Assembly (NCBI GenBank): GCA_040954595.2
Contig: CM082584.2
Span: forward strand, 10,754,552-10,818,551
DNA length: 64,000 bases
Direction: 5' to 3'
Source of the DNA: Balanoglossus misakiensis
Lineage: Eukaryota > Animalia > Hemichordata
The translations under genes and the position numbers were made by a program. Below are positions 1-11,300 of this stretch, in pieces; positions within the stretch are counted from its first letter, which is position 1, and each line of letters begins with the position of its first letter. The notes under the pieces were generated by a model, which worked only from the letters and a program-made list of their open reading frames with translations, made no database searches and had not been told where the DNA came from.

Positions 1-2187
1 CACCCTGGATTTGCCAGAATTTGGGCAATGTCACGTTCTTCAGAAGTGTTGAACACTGTTTTTATATACCAGCTTTGCAGTCAGCTTTCAGGCACCGATG
101 TTTGTGGTATATAATAAATAATTACAACAGTGGTATACTCACAGATACATACATCATGTAAGAATAATTACTTATGTACGCTTTGTTCAAAGCAGATTTT
201 GTCAATGCACAGTGGATTTTTGTACCCGAGGTGAAAAGATTATATTTTGTAAGTAGCTCATCAATGCCTTTGATGTAGACCATGTACCCCTCGTTGCTAA
301 TAGTTACATGTCGTCACCATTGACCTTGTACATGTGACCGTACTTTTGATGACACCAGAGCAATCGGCTGTCAGCTTAGAATTAATCTTTACATCCAGCG
401 TCCAAAGTCCACTCACAAAGTCCAGTTATTTTCTCATTCTTCACAATGACAAATAACCTAATGGAGTACATGTACATTACAAATGTTAATAGTTCACCGG
501 TCTCCCACACAACCAATCAATGCAATTATAATATCCAAGCTTTCTATTCGGTGCTGACCAAATTACACTTGAACATTTGCTGGTAACTTGGTCATCCATC
601 TGGTGCATTTGTAGTGGAATAACCCAACAGTTTACAGTTGTTAGGCTAGTCAATTTTGCAGGAATAGGGGTGTGTAGACTTTCAGGGGTGCGTACAGTAC
701 ATTGTCCTTCCATTTACACGTACACCAAAATTGTGTCTTTTAAATTTTTCAACATGATCATAATCAGAGGTTTATTTTTTATCGAGGCCAGGCACATACA
801 TCGATTTGCAGTCTCAGGCCAGCATGTCAATGCTGATAGTATTTTTTATGAATATTAGAAATATCCAAGACTTTATGTGAAATTAGCATAGGATTATTTT
901 ATATGTATTTGAAGCTGTGCCCAAATTCACTTTGTGTAATATTTATGCAAAAAGGACAACTGTAAGAGGAAAATTGTAGCGTTTTTAAATGAGTCTAAAA
1001 TTTTCAACTGAAATCTTTATGCATAAAAAAGAGCAAGAAATTTGTAAAAAAAAAAGTGTCTTGTGTGCCCTTTGAATGGAGTAGATTATAATCTAATTGT
1101 AGTTTTGTGTGATAATTATAGTATATATAGTGTGTATTCTCCGATAGTTCTAGTAATGTATTTTACTAACTTAAGCTATAGTGTCTGTTGCCAAACACTG
1201 TAATTATTTAATATAAAATCTAAACTTGTGTAGTGGGTACTGCAAATAAAATATGAAAGCATCATTGCACTCGTGTGTTTTGTCCGGTTTTGAACACATC
1301 GCACCCAAGGCCTGGGTTATTTGTAACTCTTTCATCCCAGTTTCCCTCTGTAGAAGTTCAACTTTTACATTTCAGTTGCATGGCCCTGAATTGTGCCGTT
1401 GAGTGCAACATGTCCACTAAATCACAGGCACAGGGGAGTGCCTTCAGGTGAACAAATGCATGGATGTGAACACAGGGGTTTAGCACAATTCTGAAACACA
1501 CGCCTTCTTGTTTCAAGTTCTGCAACGGATTCAGGTTACCAGACCGCAACATATCAAAATGGAGAACTGATATGGTCTTTAATCCAATTGTCTTTATTTT
1601 CATGCAAAAAATAAAACTGGTACAGAAGCAGATGGTAGGCAAATGTAATGTCCAGTTTGCGTAACAATGATGTTAGAGGTTACTGTTATTTACAAAATAC
1701 TAGATTTGCATTGTGCACCATCTTAAAAAACGTATTTTCTGTGCTTCAAATGATCCCAGTTAACAGACACTCCAGTAGAGATAACACAAGTTATGGCCTT
1801 AGGACTCTGCTAAAGGTTTGACCAAAAACTAACAACATCACAGGATGACATGGTACTGTTTTGTATTGCATTCTTATTAAAGAACACACTTGGTAATTGC
1901 AGACAGCAACAAAGTTACTATGTAATATTGTGCACTAGTTTGCATTTGTGTGTCGCCCTAATTATTTCAGGTACCTTTCTTTCAAAACTAAATACAATTT
2001 ACACATCAAGTCTTTGAAATCACTGTATAATGGCTATCCCATCATCAAAATATTTTAGCTTTTTTTGAAAACTCCCATTTTTTTCCACAACAGTTTAGTA
2101 ATAGCTAATACAGGATTTACTGGCAAAATACTCTCACAATACAGCAAGAATGCTGGGTTCTATAATACAACACCACACAGATATCTC

Positions 2188-3259
2188 TTAGGCTTTCAGG
2201 CTTTCTCGCTCTTCCTTGAGTCGCTTTCGCTTGGACCTTTCAAGCAGTCTCTTTTCTCTTTCGTATTCTTTCATTCTCATTACAAAGCTGTGAAAGAAAA
2301 ATCAGACAAAACAATTATATCAATTCTATAACAGGGAATGGACAGTTGCATAAACAAAATGAGGTGTAACAATATACAAATACCCATAATGCTTTCAACC
2401 ATTTAAATGCCAAACCTTGGTTCAACCCAAAACATTTTTTTGCTGGATTGACATTCACAAGACAAAAAGAGGGAGGGGACAACAACAATAAATCCTGCAA
2501 CTTACTCTTCGTATTCACACAGGTCATATTCATGCTGTTCATGTTTGCAACTGTTGAACCACGGGTATGTGTCCCGCCTGCATTTCCTTAAAGTCATGTA
2601 CAAGTGGGCACAGTAGTCACGCTTCTCCACTGGTACCCTGGCCTTGTTCATCTCTTCTTGAGTGGCTATCATAACTGACAACAAAACAAACAACACAAGA
2701 TGGTCAAACGGGTAAACTTCCACAGAAAGTGCTGGTCACATTTGTATATATATACACCCCATATTAGTACATATAGTACATGATTGAATGCATCCCATGA
2801 TATCTCACTATAAACTGTAAGGGAAGCCACAGACTGCTCACTTGTAGGGTTAGGGATTTCAAGGTTCATGACCTCAGTACATGTCTGTACGATCCCAACG
2901 ACGCGACTGGGGGAAAGTTCATTGAATTTTAATGCCACCTTTACTTAAATTCAAGTATGCAGATTGACAGTTACTTTAGCAGTGCTTACTATCCCAAGCT
3001 ACAGTCACCAAAATAAACTTTTCCCCCGATTGTTTTACGGCTATGCCATTGCATGCTGAATCTGCACGCTGCAATGCATCATGGTAGACACCACGAAATA
3101 CTGTACAAAGTACGAATATGCGTATCTATTTTGAATATAATATTCACCTCTTTCTTTTCTTCCATCTGGAAAACCATAGAAGGGGTCGAACGTTGGAATC
3201 CTATCCAAATCCGGAGCTGTGTCCGAGTGTGTCACGTACGCCGACCACATATGCCCCAT
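2188..3259 (-). CDS. NDUFB7: NADH:ubiquinone oxidoreductase subunit B7 (B18), 3 coding exons
   Basis: Exons 3259-3148, 2674-2506, 2287-2188 join in frame via GT-AG introns: MGHMWSAY...PTFDPFYGFPDGRKER/VMIATQEEM...RDYCAHLYMTLRKCRRD...CKHEQHEYDLCEYE/DFVMRMKEYEREKRLL...LKA*. Twin CX9C motif and N-terminal MG are typical of NDUFB7. Confidence 0.96.
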
Positions 3260-3570
3260 CTTGGAAAGTCGACAAGGTGACCCTGGGCAATCGGTAATCC
3301 GATGTTTGCCGAGAGAGATCGATGTTAAGTTTTTCGCGAGTCAGGCCGTGTCATGCCAGTTCTGCTTCTCAAAATGAGACGTGAATATAAAACCCCAGCA
3401 AGAAAATTATTTGCGTTCTTTAGCAGGTTGAAGAAACTTTAGGAAAGAAACAGGCAAATAATGTTTATTTTGCCCAAAATATCACTTCGGGTCTTTCCCG
3501 AAAGAGGGCGCACTATCCCAAGCTGGTGTCCTAATTAAATCCATGTATTAAAGCTTCACTGCTTGAATAT
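3260..3570. promoter_or_regulatory. Probable bidirectional promoter / 5' UTRs shared by NDUFB7 and GPX4
   Basis: Divergent start codons at 3259 (-) and 3571 (+), 311 bp apart; locally CpG-rich. Confidence 0.7.
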
Positions 3571-6500
3571 ATGTTTTGTGCAGTTCAAAGGTTGTTGGGC
3601 GGTGCACAAGTATCTCGCATCAAACTGACTGTTGCACTTTTGGTACCTACAAGATTTATCGTAATGGTAAGTTGTTATGTACAGCATCAATTCATCATTA
3701 TAGAGGTACCCACAGGCATAGCCACAGGTCTTTGCACACAGTACATGTACAGGGCTACCACAGGCACAGGAATCACACTAACTGCTGATCAGGCTAAAGT
3801 CAGTGTAATTCCTGTGCCCTGTGATGTCGGAATTTGAACTTTCTTTCGCCAGATCCGACATGTTTTGAGATACTGGTTGTAGTAGATTATCAGTTATGGA
3901 GGCTATGTCCCCCGTCGTCCCGCCCCGCCCCTGCGGTCAACGATACATTTTGCTTAACTTTAATATATAGGTTGGATAAAAAATTTACTCTGGTTTTTAT
4001 GTTTTTCAAAATTGTCAGATTATTATGTGGATGGTTGTGCACCAACATCTTGATTATGGTTATGTAATTGCATGTAGCACAGAATCTAATACACGCTGAG
4101 TCATGCGCTCAAGGCTATATATTACTTGAAATTAACTATATGGTTTTTAGTAGACTATTTTTCAACATCCCGCTACATTAACTTAAACACACATTTTATG
4201 ATTCGACTTTATTTTTCGATATGGCAATAGTCGGCAGCGGTTTGTTTTCCAGTATTTCTTCTGTCAATTTATTTATAGCCTTATGGAATATGGATAGTGG
4301 ATATAGATGTGTGAACGTTGCAACATGTAATGCAGCAGATGGAGATTACTCAAAGTCACATGGTTATAAATACATTTTTGGTGTAAGGGTACCCTTTGTA
4401 CGGTCTGGTCTGGTTGTTTGCTCTCTCAGACAAAACTAATCATTGACTTGACTGGCGTCATGTGAAATGTTGCTTTGACTGAATTTTAGAAGAAACTCAC
4501 TATAAATTGATCCTACTCTTCTGTAAAGAGCAGAAGATAATAACTGGAGTTTTAATTTAGGTTTTGAAGGCCTAGAGTGAGAGAATGACTGGTTTTGAAT
4601 CTGGTCTTCTGCCTGCCCTATCCAGGTCAAAGGTCATAATCAAATTTAGACAATCTTTGAGGGGAGCTGTGTTTGTATTTGGAAATTTTTAGATGCTTGG
4701 GGTAGAACACAGTCTCTCGTGGACAGGAGTGGCATGGTACTGGGAAAATAGTAGAGGCAGATGTGTAATCTATTAATAAATAATCCATACCACAAAACGT
4801 ATGTCATGGTTATAGTGTATATTGCAAGAATGGTTTGATACCAGCATAGAGAGCTTTACTCTGAAAAACACATACAGGAAGTAGATCTTCACACCAGCTG
4901 TGATTGCCTGTGAAAGTATCAATAATTTTCCTCATCACTGTATTTCATTAATATTCGATTAAATCTTTCTCTCATCGTAGGCAGAGTCACAGGAAAAAGA
5001 TTGGTGGAAGAAAGCTGATTCGATCTATGCTTTCACTGTCAAAGACATAGATGGGAATGATGTGTCACTGGAGAAATACAGGTGTGTGTATGTCAAGTTC
5101 ATGACCAAATGTATGCAGAAACCACTGCCATTTCCTGTTTTCTGTCTGATTTAAGTTTTGTGGGAATTCTAGAATCCCATAGAGTTGAATCCCACACCTT
5201 AGGCAGAGCCTGACATTTGTCAATGCCGTTTCCTTCACAGGGGTCATGTCACTCTCATCGTCAACGTGGCCTCCAACTGAGGTTTCACAGCGAAGAACTA
5301 CACTCAGCTACAACAATTGCACGCTAAGTACGCTGAGTCGAAAGGTCTTCGCATCCTGGGTTTCCCATGCAACCAGTTTGGAAAGCAGGTAAGGATTCGA
5401 TGGAATAATAAGAGAAATAAGAAATTTGCTGAGTTATGAATCATATTCAGATAAATGTTTTGACAAGTTTGTCATTGAATCCGATACCAAATGATGTATT
5501 GTTCATTGGATTAATGTCAGGAACCGGGAACCAATGAGGAAATCAAAGCATTCGCCAAGAACAAATATGGGGCAGAGTTTGACATGTTCAGCAAGATCAA
5601 CGTGAATGGTGACGATGCAATTCCACTCTACAAGTATCTGAAGATAAAACAGAAGGGAACGCTGGGAAAGTAAGTTGTCTGGTGGCATTATCTAACACAA
5701 GCATATGTTGACGCCGCATTTCTGAGTTGGTTAGTTTTTTTTACCCATGTATTCCTTACATCCTGGTATTTCCATCTGTGTGTGATCATTTCAGTCAGCA
5801 TTCAAAGCTGTCTTTAGTGGCTGCACTGTCACGTGAATATTTAGTTAGTATTTTATTAACATAGTCTTCTGAAACTAACTAACTTACTGTGTTTTTTGTT
5901 TATTCGTATTCAATTTATTTATCTGTCATCTTTATGCACAGTGAATGTGTTTGTCATCTGTGTCATGTTACATACGCATAATTGTGACACGTTGTGACTA
6001 ACATAGCTTCCCTTCTGTTAATTAACAATCTGTCTGTAAACCTTTTCAGTTTTATCAAGTGGAATTTCACCAAGGTGAGTCTGTGCTCCTCACTATCACC
6101 CACGCCACCCCTAAACATATCTACATCATGGAATGGCGCATAAAGATGCTTGGGGTTGTTCCAACATGTAGAAATGAGAAGGGGTGGATGGCAGTGTGTG
6201 TTTTCACTACTGATGGCTATTTTCTTTTCATCTTATTGTCCAGTCAAATCAAATGGAATTTTACTAAGGTAAGGTGTATTTACAGAAAGTAATGTAAGTG
6301 GTCAAATCTTGGATGACAAGCATGGTGTGAAAACCTTGCATTGTGTTCACAGAAACAAAGTATTTTTTCTATAATTCTGAATTATTTTTGAGTATGTACT
6401 TGCCTCAACATTGTGAATAATCAAATACACATGTAACATTATGGTTGCCATGACCCCTATCGATTCTTTGTAGAAAAAAACTTCATCAAATATCAACTCA

Positions 6501-6788
6501 ATGTTTCACAACTGTATAGCTTACAGTGAAACTCAAGTTTTTTTATGACTAATAATATGTAATATTTCTTTTGCAGTTTCTAGTTGACAAGAACGGTCAG
6601 CCTGTAAAGCGATATGCACCAAACACGGAACCTAACGTAAGTTGAGATTTCAGTGTGACAATCACAGGACCTGCGTGTGGGGGTTTCATTATTTACTTAC
6701 AGTATTGATGTCAGAATTGCATAATTAACCAAGTGTTGATTCTCTTGTCTTTCAGTCCGTAGAGAAAGATTTTGACAAATACTGGTAA
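3571..6788 (+). CDS. GPX4: Phospholipid hydroperoxide glutathione peroxidase, selenoprotein (Sec = TGA 5278-5280)
   Basis: Exons 3571-3666, 4981-5081, 5241-5388, 5521-5669, 6050-6074 or 6244-6268, 6577-6636, 6756-6788. Translation contains VNVASN(U)[37 protein letters not shown]. Exon 1 is the least certain exon. Confidence 0.94.
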
Positions 6789-6877
6789 AGCTGTTCTGGT
6801 GATGAAGACGTCGACACAAGTGGGATGCGTGTAGACTACACTGTGGAATTTCCTGACAGTGATGTCGAGCGGAAAGC

Positions 6878-6959
6878 TGTTTGTACTTGCTCTATGACGG
6901 TTGACCCACAAACCCAGTCATGTGGTGGGGTCAACCTGAGAATTTGCGTGCACGCACAG
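6878..6959 (+). promoter_or_regulatory. SECIS element (form II-like) in the GPX4 3' UTR
   Basis: ATGA core at 6894-6897; perfect helix GGTTGACCC (6899-6907) / GGGTCAACC (6928-6936); unpaired AAA at 6910-6912; 3' TGAG at 6937-6940 completes the non-Watson-Crick quartet; about 105 nt after the TAA stop. Confidence 0.92.
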
Positions 6960-8382
6960 TACAAACAATGTCCCTCCACATCACTGTCAAATTATTTGAT
7001 ACTGAAGCCAGCACCAGCCCCATCAGCGTATATGTTAATATATCATTTTCGTGAATCTGTACCAGAATTGTAATTTTTTTTATTGTACATGTATCAGAAA
7101 TACTGTAGTCACCATATTGACCTTTTTTGATATCCACTGTCTGCATGCTTGTATGATTGTAAGCCATCGGATATTTTCCTTTTTATTATTTTGAATTATC
7201 AAGACCTCAATGAAAACTAGTAGATTTCTGTTCACAGATTTGTGTAATATTCTTAAGGTCAATAAAGCACAAATGGAATCAAGATCACCTAAATGTGGTT
7301 GCTTCTTTCTGTGTTGGATGAGTTATGTGGGAATCGCATTTTCTGTATCTATGAACAAACTGTATCTATGAAGAGTATTACAAGTAAAGAAATGCGGTTA
7401 CAAGGCTATTTTGTAGACAATTTTGGTCAAAGAGTCTATAAAATGGCAAGACGAAGGGGGTGAGCTTGCTGAGAGCGTATAGTTTTGGGGGCCCCTAACT
7501 GTCTGTGTTTTGTCATGTCACCCTAGGTGAGTCACTGGCGCATACTGAGCATGAAAAGTGCGCAGTGACATGACCTTGAAAGGTCAGCATATGCATATAA
7601 CGGGACCATATGTACCAGGTGATCTGTCTGTACTGTAAAGCTGGCATCGAGCAAGTGAGGTCAAGAATCGACTCCTAAATTTCCCACTTTTATGCACCAG
7701 GGAAGATCGTCCTCAGGTACAGTATTTCTGTGGAATTCGTAGCCCCTCTTTGCATGTATACACGTAACGCAGCGACCCCCGAAGCTGCGGCCGGACAGCG
7801 TCGCATAGCAACCGAAGCACAGAACAGCAGACGAAAAATGCTAATTACCCTAGTAACAAGGAAACACGTACATTACTTACTTTAGGGTTTTCAAACGGAA
7901 TAGCGCGATGCGTGTTTGTGCCAGGCAGTTTCTCGACCTGAAAGAAACACATTGGTAGCCCATATCAGTGACATAAATCGAGAATATTTTCTTCGAAACA
8001 TTTATAACTGTAACTTTTGATGATGTACGTCAATATTGTGTGTGAGTCCTCTGCAGTTTCATTTATGACAGTATTAACGCCTAAAAGAATCTCGTCGAAT
8101 ATGTATCCTGACAACACAATCTGAGTATAGATTTTTATCATGAGAGTTCAGTCAACATTACAAATAAAAGCAGTGTCATGCAAACGTGTATGGACGTGAG
8201 TGGGGAAAAAATGGATGGAATCATTTTAGCCTAATAAATGAATACCCAAGCATTTAAAATATTGGACATCAATCAGTTTGTTATAGTTTTATGTTCACTT
8301 TCCTTTCACTTAGAATACTTTACACTCCAAGGGTCGAACAGACGTCAAAGACACACAAAGAATACAAGTCTGACTAGCAGAT

Positions 8383-11300
8383 ATGGATATTTTCAGTGGG
8401 AAAACTCTGACAGACAAGAACCACCAGACAATTAACGCAGAGGAACGCTTGAGAAATAAAGTCACCGCACTGTACTTCTCCGCCAGCTGGTGCCCACCGT
8501 GTAAACAGTTTACCCCACTCCTTGCCGACGTCTACAATGAACTGATGGAGAAAAATTCACCCTTTGAGGTTGTGTTTGTGTCGTCAGACAAAACTGTGCA
8601 AGACATGAAAAAGTACATGCAGCAGTTGCATGCTGATTGGCCATGTTTGCCTTTTGGAGATCCATTTATTAGGTTGGTATAATTTAACATTTTTTAAAAT
8701 GAAAAACCTGGTGGTAGTCAAATATCAAGATAATGTGCATGACAAATAAAACCTTTGCACTTGGGTGTTATCTACATCTTGGTAAAGATTGGGCATATCA
8801 GAACCAGAAATCTCCCAGACTCAATCTTTATCTGTCCAGCTACTAGTCATGTATATTCATCAAATAAGAATGAATATTTTCAATCTGTGCAGGCATCGAT
8901 GAATACATCCAGCAGACCTTTTCAAAATACAGAGTGAATATCTTCTTTAAATTGTACTGTAGATAGCTTTGTCATGTTAGCACAACTCTTAAAGTAGTAA
9001 GCACGTTCCATGTCATATTTTGAATGGAAAGATGGCCTATTTTTGACACAGAAATGCTTATAGCCAGCAGACATCTCTAACAAAAACTAGTACAGAAAAC
9101 ATCAGAAGAGGATTTATATTACAGCTTTGGTCCTTGTAATTTTATACATACCTAATCACTCTGCTTTAGACAAAATATCTTTTGTGAAGTTGGTCCTCTA
9201 CAGTGTAATGTGGTTGAATGTTGAAAGGGTTAAACTTGGAGGTTCCACAGCTGTCTCCAAGTAGGGGAGGTAGAGTGAGCCCTCAGCAAATAGCTATAGA
9301 AAATTCTTTTGTTTTACTGGCTTCATGTACGCTCATCTGTGCACATGCCACAGTTCCCATGGAAAAGTGGCAGATTCTACTCTGACATCATAAAATGTCA
9401 AGAGCTCAACACATTAATAGCTAGAAAACTGTGTGTTAATCACCTTCATGGAATACTGACTTGATAATTGGACACTGTGACATACTTTTATGTAGTACTT
9501 CATCTCACAATTTTGTGTCAACAGGTCATATTGTATAAAATACCAAAAATCATATATTTCCACCAGTTATACTTATATACAGCGATTATTTTGCATGTTT
9601 TTTTTACATCACTCCATACTTTTTTACTATAATATTTCAAGGTTGACAACAATTGCCTGAAGCGCTCTGACATGTAGTCTTAGCTTTTCAAAATAATACA
9701 AGTCATTTGCAATTAGTTCAGATTGTGAAGTAGAAAATTATGAATAGTAATTCCAATGTGCCCTGCAGCTATTCTTAGAACTGCTCATATTTGTATTGCT
9801 GGCATAAGAAAGTGTAATTTGTGAACTGCCAGGGGGTTGCTTCATTTGCCAGCCTCCTCTTCAAAATACAAATAACTAGGTATTATGCCTGGAGGAACTT
9901 AACAATATGTAACGATTACTTGGTAACACTTGCAAAGCCAACTGTAAAATTAGAACTATTAACTTGGATCTGGGCAACTTTTCTCTTTCTCTCTGTCTGT
10001 CTCTCTGTCTATCTGTCTGTCTGTCTGTCTGTCTGTCTGCCTCTCCCCTTCTCTAGTAACATACATACATGTATAGACACACGCACACATACAGATCAAG
10101 GCAGGTTAATTCTTGATGCTCTTGTGTTAAAGGGGTGGTTTTCTGCCATTGATTTGTGTCATACAGTGGCTTTTTATAGGATACTGTGAGTTGAAGTTGT
10201 TTTTCGATTATATCATGTTGACAGAACTGTAAATTTCTCGTGTTATTGAGATGGTTTTGCGTCAGTGATTTGCATATTGGCTTTTCAAAGGATGGTGTGA
10301 TTTGTAGTGTTTTTCGAATATGTTCTGTTGACAGAGCTATAAAGCACTCTTCTCACATTCATTTTCTCAGTAATGATTGTATTATAAGCCTTTGCGGAAA
10401 TACACCTAGGTGTAAATGTCAGAGTGGAGATATCAGGTTACAGCCTGTGAAATCTGTAGATCAGTTTAGTAACTGTGGATTGTGAAATTCACCAAATGAG
10501 AGACAAAATTTAAAAAAAAAAGAAAAAAATGTTCACCCACATAACCTTTTACAGTACTCCAAATATGCAAAGCTAAAAATCATTTGGATGAGACAGCTCA
10601 TGCTAAATCAATAGCAGATTTCCAGAGTGCGCTATCCGTATATATAAACAGTAGGCAAAGCAGAAACTTGTACTGAAAGACCCATTACAACGATATGACT
10701 TACAGTGTCTTACTTCTCAAGCAATAAAAGACAGATTTAAGATCTTATTAGATAGCTCAATCGCATGAAGATTAACGGGAACAGAGCTTTAAATGTCCGA
10801 CGAAAAGTGATTTACTAAAAATGCCCGTTTAGATTTCATTCATCATGACTGCAATAAACAAGTTACCGATGAAGCTCCATAGGTGGTGTGCTGAGACCTC
10901 AGCTCGACTCTACAAGGAAATGAAACATTTGTGATATAACCCTGCAGTGCGGTTGAATCATCTGTTACACAGTGAACGTCCTCTGACTAAGCCTTCTCTC
11001 TCCCTGGCGTTTTGACTGTAAACTTGTCATCTCGACGAGTGAAAATGTCAGATCTCGGTAAAATTTAAAGCTGAGTGTTTTGCAGGTTATCCAGAGATGA
11101 ACTCTGGTGATCTCTCAGGTCTAAATCCGCACGTTCATCCAGTCGCCTGGGGACTCCTGATTCTGCCAATAAATTCACTGCAATTGGCATTCTATGAATA
11201 TGTTCTCTAAGAAACCCCTGACTTCACAGAGGAACTGGTGTTGAAGGGACAAAGTCGCTCTGTTATATTTAGAGGGTATGTACCGGTATATGAGAAATGG

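Noticed and set aside
1-2100. Coding gene at the window start
   Set aside because: Short ORFs lack splice-compatible structure or motifs; it looks like 3' UTR (AATAAA near 1245) and intergenic DNA.
5278-5280. GPX4 as a pseudogene because of the in-frame stop
   Set aside because: The TGA is at the Sec position and a SECIS is present.
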